Source: a virus. Taken from it: a stretch of DNA of 45,006 nucleotides. Below are positions 40,968 through 45,006 of the stretch, one piece after another; positions within the stretch are counted from its first letter, which is position 1; each line of letters starts with the position of its first letter. The position numbers and the translations under genes were made by a program. The notes beneath the pieces are model-generated. The model searched no databases and was not told where the DNA came from. It was given only the letters and a program-made list of their open reading frames with translations. The stretch lies in UHGV virus genome UHGV-0250353. The stretch is one strand, 5' to 3'.

Positions 40968-43535
40968 TTAACTAAAACCGTTGCTGAATCCGTCGGAGAA
41001 ACCGCGACCGAAAGGCGCGACGCCGTCGTATTTGTAGAAGTCCGCTTCGTAGTTAATCCCGGTAATCTTAACTGTTCTGTCGTCTCCCGGGTCAACTGTA
41101 GAAACAAGAATCATCTGAGCATTATGCCTTGCTTCGTTGCCGAATGAAAACTCAGTTTTTAGCGCACTATTACCCGCGTAAATTGCTTCTTGAGGTGCGG
41201 ATAACATAATCACCTCGCGATCGTGACTTCCAGGAACCACCGCGACGCTCTGAACTCCGCCATCTCGCCTCTTAAGAATCAATGAGTGGTCGTCTCCGGG
41301 GGTAAACGTAACAGGTTGTGATAGCGTCAGCGCAAGCCCATTAATGGCAACAACATAGCCATCTTGCGGGGCCATACGCGAACCTTTTACCACACTTACC
41401 GCACGCCCAGGCATTGCAAAAACCCCTTCTTCTGTCGCCGTGAATGATACTGTTACCTTCTTCAACAGGTTTTTCTGGTATCGACGATATGCGGACCAGT
41501 ACGCCTGTCGATAATTACGGATACCTTTAGAGTCATACGTTTCTGTGTTGACTCCACCTTCCGCTGGAATACTAATAGTCTCTTTGACGTTAGTATCTGG
41601 GTCGATGTAGGAGAATTTGAGACTATCGTATACCTGAGCGTCGTTAAACGTGCGTGTCCACTTCTCCGTAGCGGTAGTTTTGCTGCGGTGGGTGAACACC
41701 ATTTCAGGCCCCATTCGAGGGCGTTCGAAATCCAGAAGAATATCGGCACCTCTACGGTATGGGGTGCAGAAAATTGCTTCCGCTATCGTAGTTACTATGT
41801 CCTGCATAGTAGTTTTGTAATCATCGAATGTGTAGCAGAATTGCCCTGCCTCGGCGTTCCCGAAATAACTTTCAATCTCAGCCTGCGTGGCCAGCAACTT
41901 ATCCATGTTAGCCGTGGTGAGATTGAGGTTTCCTACAACTGGGTCGCGAGCAAGCCGTATCAGGGACTGCACTGCCTGTGTGTTAGGTGTCATAACTGTA
42001 TCAAAAACACCGTTGCCCAGGTACTTGTACACCATCTCGGTAGCTACCATGCGCAATTGAGGCTGTTTAACCTCTGCGGCGCGGGGTGTCTGCTTACGCG
42101 CAGAATGTACCGTTGTACGGTTGCCATAGTGAGGGGTGCGGTCTATTGACTGCCCGTAGAGGTTTACATAAGTAACTTCGTCGACAACTGTACCTTCGAA
42201 ATCAAGGTCCAGATTGGTAACACGGCGCATACGAACCCGAACTTTAGACGGCGAGGGGAGGTCGGCGTATATTGTAACGCCAGTGTAATCCTGGCTACGG
42301 CCTGTAACTGTTCCTTGTTTTGTGTACACCGGGCCATACGGTTGCCCGTCAACATCCAGTAACTGGTACTGCATTTCAACGACAACAGATGCCCGTGTTT
42401 TATTCTCACCGTTGTCCTTGTACATGCCGTTTGCCGCAGCAACGTTAGTTACCACTCGTTCTACGTTTATGCGGTTGATATAAGCCCAGTCTGTAAGGCT
42501 GGCGGTATAGGTATCCTGCGGCCCGATCAGATGTTTACCCTGAACGTTATCTATGGGGTACGCCGTTGTCCCTATTAAATTCCATTGTGACTGGTTGTTA
42601 GAAATATCAACTACCAGGGTAGTGTCACTAACAGAAATAACTGGGTAATAACCGGAAAGATTTACCTCACCGCCAAGGCCGCCAGGAGTAGTATCTGCAA
42701 ACACTCCATCAAAGAATGCTATTTGACCAACAGAAAGAACATCATAGAATCCTGCGTCCGGTCCGGTAACTGTGCCAGTTGAGCCAGAGCGCTGTACGGT
42801 GAACAACCCAACATTAACCTGTACGTCATTCTGGGCTTTAAGTACTACGCCATCTACTTCGTTTGACGCTACGGTGATGTAAAGCCCCTGATCGATAGGG
42901 TCTCCGATGCGTAATTGTGGTGTGCTAGTGTTATTTGGCGACGTGAACGGTGTGTATATTTCTACCGAAGTGCCCGTGATTTCTTGTACTCGCGTATCAC
43001 CGTCTGTTACATCTTCCGGTTTAATATCCAGATACCCACGCCCGGCGTCATAGTAGCCGTATTCAACGACCGTACCAGATGCATTGAACACCTTGTAAGT
43101 GGTCATAAGGTCGTTAGGGATGGTCTGAACCCTGCCGCAGATGTCATAAGTTCGCTCGTATGGGCGAGCTTTGTTGTTGCGGTCGGTCAGACTATTGTTA
43201 GGGGAGTCGGCTTGCTGGTTAGCAAGATTGTTAGACACGCCCTTCGTTGACGGTGTGAGTAATTTAGCTAGCGGTTTAAGGATGATGCTGAATACTTTCA
43301 TCACGCCTTTGACTACCCCGCCGCCAGCACCTTCCAGGACGTGAAAAACGGCATCCTGTTTTAATGCGTCAAAATCTTCTGTTACGTCGTTATCCTCTCC
43401 TATTTCTTCGAGGAAAACGCGAAACGGCACACCATCAGGGATATGGTTTACGACGAAATTCAGCGGCGAGTCGTTATGCCGTTTTTGCGTAAACGTCCCG
43501 TCTTCGTTACGGGTGTAGTGGATGACTATCGCCAA
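40968..43535 (-). CDS. tail tip / central fibre protein (J-like host specificity protein, putative)
   Basis: 855 aa directly after NlpC/P60 K-like gene; TTG start with AGGAG RBS. Confidence 0.55.
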   Translation of the reverse strand: MAIVIHYTRNEDGTFTQKRHNDSPLNFVVNHIPDGVPFRVFLEEIGEDNDVTEDFDALKQDAVFHVLEGAGGGVVKGVMKVFSIILKPLAKLLTPSTKGVSNNLANQQADSPNNSLTDRNNKARPYERTYDICGRVQTIPNDLMTTYKVFNASGTVVEYGYYDAGRGYLDIKPEDVTDGDTRVQEITGTSVEIYTPFTSPNNTSTPQLRIGDPIDQGLYITVASNEVDGVVLKAQNDVQVNVGLFTVQRSGSTGTVTGPDAGFYDVLSVGQIAFFDGVFADTTPGGLGGEVNLSGYYPVISVSDTTLVVDISNNQSQWNLIGTTAYPIDNVQGKHLIGPQDTYTASLTDWAYINRINVERVVTNVAAANGMYKDNGENKTRASVVVEMQYQLLDVDGQPYGPVYTKQGTVTGRSQDYTGVTIYADLPSPSKVRVRMRRVTNLDLDFEGTVVDEVTYVNLYGQSIDRTPHYGNRTTVHSARKQTPRAAEVKQPQLRMVATEMVYKYLGNGVFDTVMTPNTQAVQSLIRLARDPVVGNLNLTTANMDKLLATQAEIESYFGNAEAGQFCYTFDDYKTTMQDIVTTIAEAIFCTPYRRGADILLDFERPRMGPEMVFTHRSKTTATEKWTRTFNDAQVYDSLKFSYIDPDTNVKETISIPAEGGVNTETYDSKGIRNYRQAYWSAYRRYQKNLLKKVTVSFTATEEGVFAMPGRAVSVVKGSRMAPQDGYVVAINGLALTLSQPVTFTPGDDHSLILKRRDGGVQSVAVVPGSHDREVIMLSAPQEAIYAGNSALKTEFSFGNEARHNAQMILVSTVDPGDDRTVKITGINYEADFYKYDGVAPFGRGFSDGFSNGFS

Positions 43536-43891
43536 AATTCAATCTCCTGATATGTGTCGCGTAAATCGTCCAGACGGTCGAGACGCACTTGTCTGGACGC
43601 TAACTCGCAGTGGCTTACCATTCCATCATAATACACGCCCGCATGCCACACTACACGCCCTCGGTGATAAGTACCAAGCAACACGGCGTCATAATTCTGC
43701 GGACTGGCAGCGCGTTCCAGACCTTTCGGGTCGGAGTGCCCTGCATCAAACGCCGAGTCTATCGCAGTTGGTGATGTTACGTCGAAAGCTGGCGTAGATA
43801 GCCCAGCATCACCGCGCACCCTGCGTACGTGATGCCAACAATTGTAGCGACGAAAGTCATAAGGGAGGCCCGTATAGGCAGTGATACTCAT
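43526..43891 (-). CDS. tail assembly protein with NlpC/P60-like motifs (K-like)
   Basis: YNCWHHV and WHAGVYYDG Cys/His motifs; ATG 43891 (ATGA overlap) preferred over upstream start. Confidence 0.55.
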   Translation of the reverse strand: MSITAYTGLPYDFRRYNCWHHVRRVRGDAGLSTPAFDVTSPTAIDSAFDAGHSDPKGLERAASPQNYDAVLLGTYHRGRVVWHAGVYYDGMVSHCELASRQVRLDRLDDLRDTYQEIEFWR

Positions 43892-44403
43892 GACAAAAGT
43901 ACCCCACGCAACAGCGGTATTTCTTCCGGTGTCATCAGGATTCCTGTCTGCCGTTGGTTGAGCATAGGCGTTCCGGTCTCTGCGGTGAACACGCCTTTTT
44001 CTTGCGTCAACGTCTGCAACTCGTACACTACAGGGCCGTCGCACGGGTACGACAGGTCTGTGCTTACGTATCTTCGAAATATGAATTTAGGTAACTCTGT
44101 ATTGCTATACGGGATGCGGTCCATCTCTTCATCGAGAATGTTAAGAACATCTGGCAGTGAGAACGAGGCCGTCTGGTCCATATCATTATTGTTCGCGGCG
44201 TTCTTGGCGTCCATCGGCGTGGCCTCGAACGTAACAGTTTCGCCAGTTTCAAGAGTGGCGGTAAGGTCAGACGTCCCGCGCACAAGCAACCACCGCTTCG
44301 AGAGAAGCGGGTGCGTTATTTCAAGAGTAATGTAATCCAGTTCGCCGTCTGGGTTTGATGCCAGCTTACGGCGATAGGCTGCTTCTACTGATTCCTGACT
44401 CAT
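43888..44403 (-). CDS. minor tail protein (L-like, putative)
   Basis: 171 aa between boundary-spanning tail gene and K-like gene. Confidence 0.5.
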   Translation of the reverse strand: MSQESVEAAYRRKLASNPDGELDYITLEITHPLLSKRWLLVRGTSDLTATLETGETVTFEATPMDAKNAANNNDMDQTASFSLPDVLNILDEEMDRIPYSNTELPKFIFRRYVSTDLSYPCDGPVVYELQTLTQEKGVFTAETGTPMLNQRQTGILMTPEEIPLLRGVLLS

Positions 44404-44406
44404 AAG

Positions 44407-45006
44407 TTAACCGTCCACATTAAAATCAATACGGGTTATATATTTACTACCCCACGCAGAATCCGCTTGGGGGATGGTGGCGTAGTTATCTACTGCGGGC
44501 ACGTTTACGGTAGAACCATCAGAGTATGTAATGTCGATGCTTGTCGCACCATTCATGGCTACTTTTGCCGATGCCATAGGTCTTGCTACCGGTGATGCAT
44601 CGGTTACTATTGGCGATGTGGAGAACTCGCCTTTTTCTATTTGAGGCGAGGACACGATGATGCCACTGACACCATCGCCAGCAAACGATGATACGGTCGC
44701 TGTTTGGTAAACCCATACCGCCAGATTTAAGCCGCTGAACCCACCCGACGGACCAGTTACTGTTTCAGTAGCCCGATACCATCCGCCTCCTATAGATGTT
44801 ATTGTGGAGTATGCTTCGCCATCTACAATGGCCCCGGATGTAAGGTTTACTATCGCGGAAGAGATGTGCGTAGTGTCCTGATTTGCCGCGCGGAGTCTGG
44901 CGAAATCATACCCATTCGCCTTAAAAAATACACTGAATGTGTATTTTTCACCTTCTAAAATCTGTGCGGAAACGGTCTGGTTAACTGTGTGAACACCTGT
45001 GTCCCC
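44407..45006 (-). CDS. tail protein, 3' part of a gene entering from beyond the right edge (200 codons present)
   Basis: reverse frame open from 45006 to stop at 44407..44409 with no in-frame start except GTG 44655; same frame modulo 3 as ORF 1..786. Confidence 0.5.
   Translation of the reverse strand, partial: GDTGVHTVNQTVSAQILEGEKYTFSVFFKANGYDFARLRAANQDTTHISSAIVNLTSGAIVDGEAYSTITSIGGGWYRATETVTGPSGGFSGLNLAVWVYQTATVSSFAGDGVSGIIVSSPQIEKGEFSTSPIVTDASPVARPMASAKVAMNGATSIDITYSDGSTVNVPAVDNYATIPQADSAWGSKYITRIDFNVDG

Noticed and set aside
1-45006. CRISPR array, tRNA genes, integrase/excisionase or attP
   Set aside because: No regularly spaced direct repeats, no tRNA-like T-loop/acceptor pattern in intergenic regions, no tyrosine/serine recombinase motifs in any ORF; not a systematic scan.

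Overview
The window reads as an essentially complete genome of a tailed, siphovirus-type dsDNA phage, with no integrase, CRISPR array or tRNA recognised. All calls are from reading the sequence and ORF track by eye; no database search, alignment tool or RNA folding was run. Two arms diverge from a control region at about 26.2-26.7 kb. The leftward (minus-strand) arm carries early small genes, an HslV/proteasome-like peptidase, the holin/endolysin cassette, terminase, portal, head genes with embedded Rz/Rz1 spanins, and tail genes; it runs off the left edge and re-enters at the right edge (tail genes 45006 down to 39117), consistent with a circularly permuted genome opened inside a tail gene. 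The rightward (plus-strand) arm 26686-39088 is a replication module: primase/helicase, Cas4-like nuclease, SSB-like protein, family A DNA polymerase, VRR-NUC, a C5-methyltransferase-like protein and an SNF2-like helicase. A separate plus-strand accessory island (4670-6996) sits inside the tail module. The most interesting signals are (i) a paralogous ~136-nt noncoding element present twice (13936-14071, 26454-26590) with compensatory hairpin substitutions, (ii) a 16-bp palindromic operator GAATAG-N4-CTATTC embedded in at least five sigma70-like promoters, (iii) the HslV-like peptidase with a Cys-rich insertion, and (iv) the accessory island encoding an Imm-like membrane protein and an HTH-fused metallophosphoesterase. 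Many small genes are joined by ATGA overlaps; several ORF-track ORFs are antisense shadows.
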